Source: Spirochaetaceae bacterium
Lineage (GTDB): Bacteria > Spirochaetota > Spirochaetia > SZUA-6 > DRHE01
Direction of reading: 5' to 3'
Assembly: GCA_020353535.1 (NCBI GenBank)
Contig: CP070696.1
Coordinates: forward strand, 1,821,989-1,885,988
Length of the DNA stretch: 64,000 nt
Position numbers and translations under genes: made by a program. The notes below the pieces were generated by a model that worked only from the letters and a program-made list of their open reading frames with translations, did not search any database and had not been told where the DNA came from. Below, in pieces: positions 47,422-54,765 of the stretch. Numbering within the stretch: the first letter of the stretch is position 1; the number at the start of each line of letters is the position of its first letter.

Positions 47422-49165
47422 GGGCATGGCTGTATCGATATCACGCAGAGAGATTGATAAAGAGGCGGATGACAATATCACTTTGGGCCGGCTCCTGCGA
47501 ATAGGCCGGGAGGAACCGAAGAAACAAGCCGTGGAACGCATTTTGGCCTCCGATCTTCGTATCCGCCAGAAGATCGAGAAGATCCGGGAGATCGATGAAA
47601 AACAGGAAGCGCAGGAGATCGAGCGGATCGTGCAGCGGGCCTATCTTCAGGCCGTGCGCCGGCAATTCGTCAGGATTCGTGATGCCATTAAAGCACCTCA
47701 GAAAAGCATCCCTTATTTTCCCTACCTGCTAAGAGAACGGGGGCGAGTTCGGGAGTTTGGCCGGAAAACCCATGTACTGAGTGCACCTTTACTACCTCCG
47801 GGGGTTCGCATAAATCGGGAGCTGCGCAATTTTTTTGTGCAGCATCTCCAGAATTGGTCGGCGGAAATTTCTCCGCGTTTGAACTTAATCGCCGAGCACG
47901 GCTGGCTGCATCTTACACCTCTGCAGTACAACCTGGTTGTGTTGCTCAAAGTACTTGCAGATAAAATCCTGGCCTTTGATTTCGTGCACCTGAACTACCG
48001 GGATCGGAATCTCATCGATAAGCTGAAACGAATCGAAAGCCTCTTCCTCATGCTGCACTACCGGGCGGTGTACATCGACAGCATCTTCGATTCCATCCTG
48101 ACGGTCTACAAAAAACAGGGCCACAAGGAGGAAGAGGGAAGGGAGATTCGAAGTCTGGCCGTTCGCATTTTGACAAAGGAGGTCAGCCTGCCATCGCTGT
48201 ACAACTGCATCGTTGGCCTCAATATGGTCAAGTACCGGCGTTTTCTCAGCCTCGATGACCTGATACAGCCGCAGCTGGGCGATTCGGTCAGTGCGCGGGA
48301 GTTCAATTGCAGTATCGAGGTCCGCAGCCGCATCGATGAATATGTCCGTAAATCTCTCGATTCTATAAAAAAACTTCACAGCCAGTTGTATGAGGTGCGG
48401 CGTCTGAACAGATACCTGAACTACGATGAGCAGGGCGGTATCGATTCGTCGAATCTCCGGAGTTTGTACGAACGGACTGTTCAAGAGGAGGCAGGGGGAT
48501 ACGAAACCGATCAGGGCAACGTCCTGCTGTTCGCCCAGCGTTTGTTCGAAGCCTTTTACAGAACATTCCTGCCCTTGCTGAACGGAAAGGTGCAGATCGG
48601 CGGGATTGGTCGGGAGGCGATTTTTTCCCGTTCCTTCTACGAGATCGAGATGGCCAGGCTGGGAACGATCATCGAGAGGCTGAAAAAAGGTCCTTTCCAT
48701 TTCAGGAATTTTCCTCTGTCCCAATACCTGCAGGTCAAGGAAGCCAAGATAGGAGCGATTGGTACCGAAACGGAATTGATTCAGCTCATCGACGAGGGCA
48801 TCGCCTGTTTGGCCGATCTGGGTAAGAGTCTGGCCAGAGTACTGGGCTCGAGTGTGGAAAATGTCGAAGGTTCTGCAGCGCAACCTCTGGAACCGCTGAT
48901 TTTTCAAGGCAAACCGTATTCCATTCCCTGCGCTGAGCAGAATATCCGGGATCGTTCCTACCTGGAAGGAAAAACTGTATCCGAGGCTCTGGGTGACGGG
49001 GTATCCCTGTGTTTTACCATGGGCATGCTCTTCAGGGACCGTTTCGTTTACTTTGTCCTGGGCAGCGCCAGAAGGTACGAGGCTGAGCTCCAGGCTCAGT
49101 TAAGGCTCCTGAAAAACCTGATCGATCCCGAACATTATCAGGAAATCCTGTCCCGGTATCAGTAG
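47411..49165 (+). CDS. Hypothetical 584-aa cytoplasmic protein, no recognisable domain
   Basis: Long ORF overlapping the Hpt stop by 11 nt (alternative ATG at 47426). Helix-rich, with no TM, P-loop or HTH motif that I can identify. Confidence 0.6.
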   Translation: MVSRGMAVSISRREIDKEADDNITLGRLLRIGREEPKKQAVERILASDLRIRQKIEKIREIDEKQEAQEIERIVQRAYLQAVRRQFVRIRDAIKAPQKSIPYFPYLLRERGRVREFGRKTHVLSAPLLPPGVRINRELRNFFVQHLQNWSAEISPRLNLIAEHGWLHLTPLQYNLVVLLKVLADKILAFDFVHLNYRDRNLIDKLKRIESLFLMLHYRAVYIDSIFDSILTVYKKQGHKEEEGREIRSLAVRILTKEVSLPSLYNCIVGLNMVKYRRFLSLDDLIQPQLGDSVSAREFNCSIEVRSRIDEYVRKSLDSIKKLHSQLYEVRRLNRYLNYDEQGGIDSSNLRSLYERTVQEEAGGYETDQGNVLLFAQRLFEAFYRTFLPLLNGKVQIGGIGREAIFSRSFYEIEMARLGTIIERLKKGPFHFRNFPLSQYLQVKEAKIGAIGTETELIQLIDEGIACLADLGKSLARVLGSSVENVEGSAAQPLEPLIFQGKPYSIPCAEQNIRDRSYLEGKTVSEALGDGVSLCFTMGMLFRDRFVYFVLGSARRYEAELQAQLRLLKNLIDPEHYQEILSRYQ

Positions 49166-49767
49166 GCCGATCCGAGCAGCTCCCGCACGGTTTCCTCGAG
49201 ATGGCTGATGCTGATCGGCTTCTGTATAAAACGGGCTGATCCTCGAAAAACGGGATCGGTCGGCAGCGGGCGGGGAGGAGATCCCAGGTAGATGATCTTG
49301 ATTCCCGGTTGAACGGCCCGGCAGATCTCAAAATAGCGAGGATAGTCATCATCGGCCAGGTTTTCGTTGATGACAACGAGTTTGGTCTGCAAATGGCGTA
49401 GCAGGTGTATGGCGTCGAAGCTTTCACCGATCCTGGTGAAAACCAAACGTCGTTTCAGAGAGCACTTCTTCAACAGCTTCGTTAATTCCGGGCGAAGGTC
49501 CACCACTAGTGCACTGATCTTCTTTTTTCCCCTTCTTCCTGAGCTCGATGACGACGGTCGTTTACCTTTACGGTTTCGTCGGTAAGATTTTTTCTCCCCT
49601 TCTTCTGCCAGAGCCATGATTGCTTCGATTTTTTCGTCAAGATCGAGGGATCCGCGAATGATGGGAATCAACTTGCGTTCCTCTGCAGGGCTGCGCCGCT
49701 TTTTCAGCAACAGACCGTAGAGTAGATACTTGTCCGCCTGGGAAAGATTTGCGGTGTCCATAACCAT
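49159..49767 (-). CDS. Receiver-like (pseudo-receiver) protein with a basic Ser/Lys/Arg-rich linker
   Basis: The C-terminal approx 120 aa follow the CheY beta-alpha pattern (ALVVDLRPE / KLVVINENLADDD / IIYLGS / FIQKPISI), but the phospho-acceptor position is N/E rather than D. The 3' end overlaps the convergent 584-aa gene by 7 nt (TCAGTAG). Confidence 0.55.
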   Translation of the reverse strand: MVMDTANLSQADKYLLYGLLLKKRRSPAEERKLIPIIRGSLDLDEKIEAIMALAEEGEKKSYRRNRKGKRPSSSSSGRRGKKKISALVVDLRPELTKLLKKCSLKRRLVFTRIGESFDAIHLLRHLQTKLVVINENLADDDYPRYFEICRAVQPGIKIIYLGSPPRPLPTDPVFRGSARFIQKPISISHLEETVRELLGSAY

Positions 49768-49793
49768 TACAACCCTGTAGCGGCGCGCTTGGG

Positions 49794-50339
49794 CTAGAAC
49801 TCTAGCGGAGTAACCGTCACAGGGGTCAACCTGATGTCCAGATTCTGATCCGCCTCCAGGGTCTCGATTTCTTCTCTCAGTTTGGCCAGGGAGATCTCCG
49901 GGGGCACGCTGATTCTACCCCGCATCACGAACATCGGCGCGCCTGTCCAGGGAGCCGCGGTGGTATCGGTTTCCAGGTTTTCAATGTTGATCCCATGGCG
50001 GCGCAACAGTGCGGTGACGGAGTGAACGATCCCGGGCGTGTCCAAAGAGACCGATTCGATAATGTAGGGTCTCATGTGGGGATCCGCTTTGGGGGCGACC
50101 GTCCGTTTCATGGAGATTTGCAGATCCAGCTCTTCAGCGAGAGCGGCCGACTTCTCGATCAGAGCCTCGATGTCCGCCGGCGCTCCGGAAAGAAGCAGCA
50201 TCACGGCGAACTCTCCGCCGAGCACGGCCATGCGGCTTTCCTCGATATTGCAGCGTTTGTCCAATATCGAGGTGGTCAGGTCGTCGACAATCCCGACCCG
50301 ATCGCTTCCGATAGCAGTTAGAATGGCGAATCCACTCAT
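49794..50339 (-). CDS. GcvR-like tandem ACT-domain protein
   Basis: ILTAIGSDRVGIVDDLT...CNIEESRMAVLGGEFAVMLLLSG plus a second ACT repeat (VSLDTPGIVHSVTALL). ATG at 50339 is preceded by GGGGAGG. Confidence 0.75.
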   Translation of the reverse strand: MSGFAILTAIGSDRVGIVDDLTTSILDKRCNIEESRMAVLGGEFAVMLLLSGAPADIEALIEKSAALAEELDLQISMKRTVAPKADPHMRPYIIESVSLDTPGIVHSVTALLRRHGINIENLETDTTAAPWTGAPMFVMRGRISVPPEISLAKLREEIETLEADQNLDIRLTPVTVTPLEF

Positions 50340-50453
50340 CCGTACGGCCTCCCCGGTTAGAAGATTGTATAAGGAGATTTCGGCGCTGTCCAGGTGATAT
50401 CGGCTTGCGGCTTTCCCCATATCCCGTATCCCGGCTACAATAGTTTTAGACCT

Positions 50454-51578
50454 ATGAGCAGGGGAAAACGACCGATTCTATTTCTCGAACCCTTTTACGG
50501 CGGTTCCCACCGGGAGTTTGCGGACGGATTATTGGAAAACTCCAGGCATCCACTGGAGCTGCATACCCTTCCGGCCCGTTTTTGGAAGTGGCGGATGCGG
50601 GGAGCTGCGCTGCACTTCGCCCGCCGCATAAAAAATCCCGGTGCTTATTGCGCTCTCATCGTAACGGATCTGATGAGCCTGGCCGATCTCAAGGCTCTTT
50701 GGGCGGCGGCCTGTCCTCCTGCGCTGCTCTACGTGCATGAAAACCAGCTGACCTATCCTCTGGCGCCGGGGGAGCAGCTCGATCTGCACTATGGATTCAC
50801 CAATGTAACCACGGCTCTTTGTGCGGATCGAATCCTCTTCAACTCGTATACCCATTTCCGGGCATTTTTCGAGGAGCTTCCGCTATTCCTGAGGAGGATG
50901 CCCGAATATCGTCCTCGCTGGGTCATCGAAGAGATAAGGAAAAAATCTTCGGTACTCTATCCGGGGTGCCGTATTTCTCCGGAAAAGGCAGTCGCTGTTC
51001 CCGTATCGGGATCTCCACCCCTGATCGTCTGGAATCACCGCTGGGAGTTTGACAAGAATCCCGAGCTGTTCTTTTCTGTCCTGGAACAGGTGGCTGAAGC
51101 AGGGCACGAGTTCCGGCTGGTTCTCTTGGGGGAAAATTATCAGAAAGTACCAAAAGCCTTTATCGCCGCGCGCCGTCGCTGGCCACAACGGATCGAACAG
51201 TATGGATACGAAGCCTCCCGGGACCGTTATCTTTCCTGGCTCGAGCGGGGAGGAATCGTGATTAGTACGTCGGATCAGGAGAACTTCGGTATATCTGTTG
51301 TGGAGGCGGTTCGCCACGGTTGCTTTCCCCTTCTACCCCGAAAGCTCTCCTATCCCGAATTGATACCGGAGGAGTTCCACGAGGATGTGCTGTACGGGAA
51401 TCGGGATGAGCTTGTCGAGAAGCTGTCCGGTCTGCTGGTGGATCTGCCTCGCTGCAATCCTCCGCTCCTAGAAAAATTGCAACGCCTGGCCCTGTCCATG
51501 AGCCGGTTTAGCTGGGATACCCTGATCCACAGCTACGACAGGGAATTGGATCGTCTCTGTAGCTCCGCAGCGCACTGA
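50454..51578 (+). CDS. DUF3524-plus-GT1 glycosyltransferase (GTDC1-like)
   Basis: N-terminus ILFLEPFYGGSHREFADGL...LPARFWKWRMRGAA is as in the DUF3524 domain. C-terminal GT-B donor motif (QENFGISVVEAVRHGCFPLLP). Confidence 0.75.
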   Translation: MSRGKRPILFLEPFYGGSHREFADGLLENSRHPLELHTLPARFWKWRMRGAALHFARRIKNPGAYCALIVTDLMSLADLKALWAAACPPALLYVHENQLTYPLAPGEQLDLHYGFTNVTTALCADRILFNSYTHFRAFFEELPLFLRRMPEYRPRWVIEEIRKKSSVLYPGCRISPEKAVAVPVSGSPPLIVWNHRWEFDKNPELFFSVLEQVAEAGHEFRLVLLGENYQKVPKAFIAARRRWPQRIEQYGYEASRDRYLSWLERGGIVISTSDQENFGISVVEAVRHGCFPLLPRKLSYPELIPEEFHEDVLYGNRDELVEKLSGLLVDLPRCNPPLLEKLQRLALSMSRFSWDTLIHSYDRELDRLCSSAAH

Positions 51579-51714
51579 TCCATTGTGCGGCCTTCCCGAA
51601 CGCGCAGCAGTACGAGAAACGAGCGTACAGTCGGCCACGGTAGGTTCCTTGAAGGCCGGTGACAGATTCCGAGAATTTAATTGTTACACTAGTAGAATAT
51701 GAGGAGGTCTGCAG

Positions 51715-51996
51715 ATGGGGCTCATAATTGCCATCATCGGGGGGGCGCTTATCCTCGGCTGCGGGATTGCCGGATTTGTCTGCTATAGAAAGTACGCGCT
51801 CCCGAATATGCAACCCCTGTCCGAGCAGGATCTGGCAATGTGCCGGGACATCCTGGTTGCCCGGCAGGGTTATCCCTGGATTTGCCGACAAGCGGTGAAG
51901 ACCGGAGAATGCGCCTGTTTTCCCTGTGAGAAACTGCTCAGAGCCCGCGGGTTGATGTTGCAGCGCCGCTTCGGTCGCTTCGTGCACCACGAGTAG
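51715..51996 (+). CDS. Small membrane-anchored Cys-rich protein, unknown function
   Basis: RBS GAGGAGG, an N-terminal TM, then a C-x12-C...C-x-C-x2-C pattern. No family recognised. Confidence 0.45.
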   Translation: MGLIIAIIGGALILGCGIAGFVCYRKYALPNMQPLSEQDLAMCRDILVARQGYPWICRQAVKTGECACFPCEKLLRARGLMLQRRFGRFVHHE

Positions 51997-52150
51997 CTTC
52001 AGGCAATGAATAGGGTCTTTTGCTAGTTTGTCGCCTTCTTGGTTCGATCGCGGCGGGATCATGGCGGTGTTCATTCATTGAGCTGAAATAGCTGTCGCCC
52101 GGTACCGCGGGGTGCAGTGTTCCTGAGTCGTTCACTGCTATTTTCTTCGG

Positions 52151-52891
52151 CTACAGGATGTGATCGAGGAACTTCTGGGTTCGCTCGGATTGGGGGTTGT
52201 TGAACAGTACCTTGGGAGGAGCGGTCTCGATCACCTCACCATTGTCCATGAACACGACCTTGTGGGCCGCCGCCTTGGCGAAACCCATCTCGTGGGAGAC
52301 CACCAGCATGGTCATTCCATCCTGAGCCAGCTGCAGCATGACGTCCAGGACCTCTTTGATCATCTCCGGGTCCAAAGCGGAGGTGGGTTCGTCGAAGAGC
52401 ATAACCTTTGGATTCATGGCCAGTGCTCGGGCAATGGCCACCCGCTGCTGCTGTCCGCCGGACAGTTGGTCCGGATAAGAGCGGAACTTATCAGCGAGGC
52501 CGACCCGATCTAACAGGGTACGTCCCAGCTCGTCCGCCTCCTTCTGGGGGATTTTCTTCACGATCATCGGCGCGATAGTGACGTTGCCCAGCGCCGACAG
52601 GTGGGGGAAGAGGTTGAAGGACTGAAAGACCATCCCGACCTCCTCGCGGATCCGGCGGATGTCTGCATGGTGGGCGGTGAGGCAGTCCTCGTCGATCCAG
52701 ATCTCCCCAGAGGTGAGCTTCTCCAGCCTGTTGACGCAGCGCAGCAGCGTGCTTTTGCCGCTTCCCGACGGGCCGATGACCAGCACCACCTCTCCCTTCT
52801 CCACGGTGATGTTGGCGTTCTTTACGGCTTCGATCCTGCCGAAATTCTTGCAGGCGTCGACGATCTTGACCCTCGGTTTGGTGCTAGTCAC
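52151..52891 (-). CDS. Polar amino acid ABC transporter ATP-binding protein
   Basis: Walker A GPSGSGKST, signature LSGGQQQRVAIARAL, Walker B MLFDEPTSALD. GlnQ-like length. Confidence 0.92.
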   Translation of the reverse strand: MTSTKPRVKIVDACKNFGRIEAVKNANITVEKGEVVLVIGPSGSGKSTLLRCVNRLEKLTSGEIWIDEDCLTAHHADIRRIREEVGMVFQSFNLFPHLSALGNVTIAPMIVKKIPQKEADELGRTLLDRVGLADKFRSYPDQLSGGQQQRVAIARALAMNPKVMLFDEPTSALDPEMIKEVLDVMLQLAQDGMTMLVVSHEMGFAKAAAHKVVFMDNGEVIETAPPKVLFNNPQSERTQKFLDHIL

Positions 52892-53681
52892 GGCGATGCA
52901 GCCTCTCTTCCATCAGGGACACGAGTTTCGAGAAAAAGAGGGTCAGGACCAGGTAGACCAGGGCCACCACGGTGTAGGTCTCGAAGTAGAAGAAGGTCTT
53001 GGAGGCGAACTCCCGTCCTCGGCGCAGCAGATCCGCCACAGCCAGGATCGAAACCAGGGATGAGTCCTTGAGCAGGGCGATGAACTCGTTTCCCACCGGC
53101 GGCAGCACTACCCGAATGGTTTGAGGCAGGATGATGCGGCGCATGGCCTGACCTCTGGACATGCCCAGCGCCAGGGCGGCCTCCATCTGCCCTTTCGGGA
53201 TCGCCTGGATGCCCGCCCGGAAGATCTCCCCCAGATAGGCACCGTAGCAGACGGTCATGGCCGTGATCGCCGCCACCAGGCGGGGCACCTGAACGATTTT
53301 GCCGAGGGCGTAGTAGATGTAGAACAGCTGCACCAGCAGGGGGATACCCCGGATCACCTCCACGTAAACCGTGGCGATACGGTTGATGATCTTGATGCGG
53401 GAGATGCGCCCCAGTCCGGTGAACAATCCTACGATCAGGGCGAAGACGATGGACAGAACCGTGACCTTGAAGGTCTGCAGGATCCCGTCGGGCAGGAAGG
53501 CAATAATGCGCTGATACGGTTCAGGAGAAATGAAGGGAAGAAGTACCAGCAGGGCGATAGCCCCGAAGAAGGAGATGCGCCAGGCCGTGAAGGTGGCGTG
53601 CTCCTCCTTCTCCGGGATCAAAGCCCCGTCGGAAATCTCGATCCGGGCTTTCTGCGGCGAAGATCTGTCTATCTCAGCCAC
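52884..53681 (-). CDS. Polar amino acid ABC transporter permease
   Basis: HisM/GlnP-type permease with the EAA loop (MEAALALGMSRGQAMRRIILPQ). Confidence 0.9.
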   Translation of the reverse strand: MAEIDRSSPQKARIEISDGALIPEKEEHATFTAWRISFFGAIALLVLLPFISPEPYQRIIAFLPDGILQTFKVTVLSIVFALIVGLFTGLGRISRIKIINRIATVYVEVIRGIPLLVQLFYIYYALGKIVQVPRLVAAITAMTVCYGAYLGEIFRAGIQAIPKGQMEAALALGMSRGQAMRRIILPQTIRVVLPPVGNEFIALLKDSSLVSILAVADLLRRGREFASKTFFYFETYTVVALVYLVLTLFFSKLVSLMEERLHRRD

Positions 53682-54430
53682 TTTTCCTCGATTTTTTTAT
53701 AGGTATCGGTATTCAGAACAGCACTGAGACCCTTGTTGATGGCATCGAGAACCTCTTTGTTTCCCTGGTCCACGGCAACCCCGTAGAACTCGTCGGTAAA
53801 GGGCTCACCCACGATCTTGAACCTGTCCTTGTAGTTGGGATTCATCAGCGCGAAGTCTGCCGCGACCGGAGTATCGGCCACAACGGCATCGACCCTGCCG
53901 TTGGCCATGTCTTCGAAGGCAAGGCCGATTTCATCATAGGTTCGTAGTTCCACTCCTGAAACCTTCTCGATCTCGAAGCTGCCTGTGGTACCGATCTGGG
54001 CCGCAGCAGTCTTACCTTTGAGATCGGCCAATGTAGTCACACCGGTCGTCGCCTTGGGAACGATCAACACCTGCCCGGCATTGATGTAGGGTACGGAGAA
54101 ATCCATGGTCTTCTTGCGCTCCTCCGTGATGGTGACCGAGGACATGACCGCATCGTACTCTCCGGCGGCCAGACCGGCCCAGATGCCGTCCCAGGCCGTA
54201 TTCTGGAACTCGACGGTGAAGCCGCCGGCTTCCGCCGCTGCATTCATCAGGTCGATGTCGAATCCCACGATCTCCTTGTTTTCATCCACCATCTCCATAG
54301 GTGGCCAGGTGGCGTCCGTGGCGATCACGATGTGCAGTTTTCCCCCGGTAGTCTCTGTTCTACCACCGGCGAAAACGAAACCCGTTATCACCGAAAGAAC
54401 AACAAGAACGAACACTATTCTTTTGAGCAT
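53669..54430 (-). CDS. Family-3 amino acid ABC substrate-binding protein
   Basis: Signal peptide plus the type-II periplasmic binding fold (ATDATWPPME, GFDIDLMNA, YDAVMSSVTIT). Confidence 0.9.
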   Translation of the reverse strand: MLKRIVFVLVVLSVITGFVFAGGRTETTGGKLHIVIATDATWPPMEMVDENKEIVGFDIDLMNAAAEAGGFTVEFQNTAWDGIWAGLAAGEYDAVMSSVTITEERKKTMDFSVPYINAGQVLIVPKATTGVTTLADLKGKTAAAQIGTTGSFEIEKVSGVELRTYDEIGLAFEDMANGRVDAVVADTPVAADFALMNPNYKDRFKIVGEPFTDEFYGVAVDQGNKEVLDAINKGLSAVLNTDTYKKIEEKWLR

Positions 54431-54495
54431 ACGCTCCTCCTTTTGAGGGATTTTTATGACAAAAAACCACGAATCCGTCGTGCTGTCAAGGATAC

Positions 54496-54524
54496 TTGAC
54501 AGTTTTTTGGCATTTCGTTACATT
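54496..54524 (+). promoter_or_regulatory. Sigma70-like promoter for the tRNA gene
   Basis: TTGACA (54496-54501), a 17-nt spacer, then TACATT (54519-54524), 14 nt before the tRNA 5' end. The -35 box lies inside the palindrome CTGTCAAG-gata-CTTGACAG (54483-54502). Confidence 0.5.
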
Positions 54525-54538
54525 GGGGAACAGAACGA

Positions 54539-54611
54539 CGCAGGGTAGAGCAGTTGGCAGCTCGTCGGGCTCATAACCCGGAGGTCGCAGGTTCGAGTCC
54601 TGCCCCTGCTA
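54539..54611 (+). tRNA. Initiator tRNA-fMet (anticodon CAT), CCA not encoded
   Basis: Hand-folded cloverleaf. Acceptor CGCAGGG/CCCTGCT with an unpaired 1:72 (C.U). A11:U24 in the D stem. Three G:C pairs closing the anticodon stem (GGG/CCC). Anticodon loop CTCATAA. T arm GCAGG-TTCGAGT-CCTGC. Discriminator A. Confidence 0.85.
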
Positions 54612-54625
54612 TTCTTCGAAGCAAA

Positions 54626-54656
54626 AAGCCCCTCTGACCGAGGGGCTTTATTATTT
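54626..54656 (+). terminator. Rho-independent terminator after the tRNA
   Basis: AAGCCCCTC (54626-54634) pairs with GAGGGGCTT (54640-54648), followed by TATTATTT. Confidence 0.7.
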
Positions 54657-54765
54657 CTCGGGCTATCACGGAAAACCGGCACGATTACAGCATTGCCAGG
54701 TAGGGCGGGAGACAGACGACAATCACCATGGATTCCGTCCGGTGGATCGACTATAATTCTATCTG

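Noticed and set aside
47885-48907. 340-aa minus-strand ORF inside the 584-aa hypothetical gene. Because the + strand gene has no homology support, the true coding strand needed thought.
   Set aside because: The + strand ORF is much longer and is translationally coupled to the Hpt gene. It has a balanced, helix-forming composition. The antisense product is Q/L/R/D-rich, has no start context and would run head-on into the operon.
54455-54489. Minus-strand promoter for the amino-acid ABC operon using the palindrome's second TTGACA.
   Set aside because: At 16-18 nt downstream on that strand the sequence is TTTTTT, and the nearest TA-rich hexamer (GTCATA/TCATAA) is about 23-24 nt away, so a standard -10 box is not supported.
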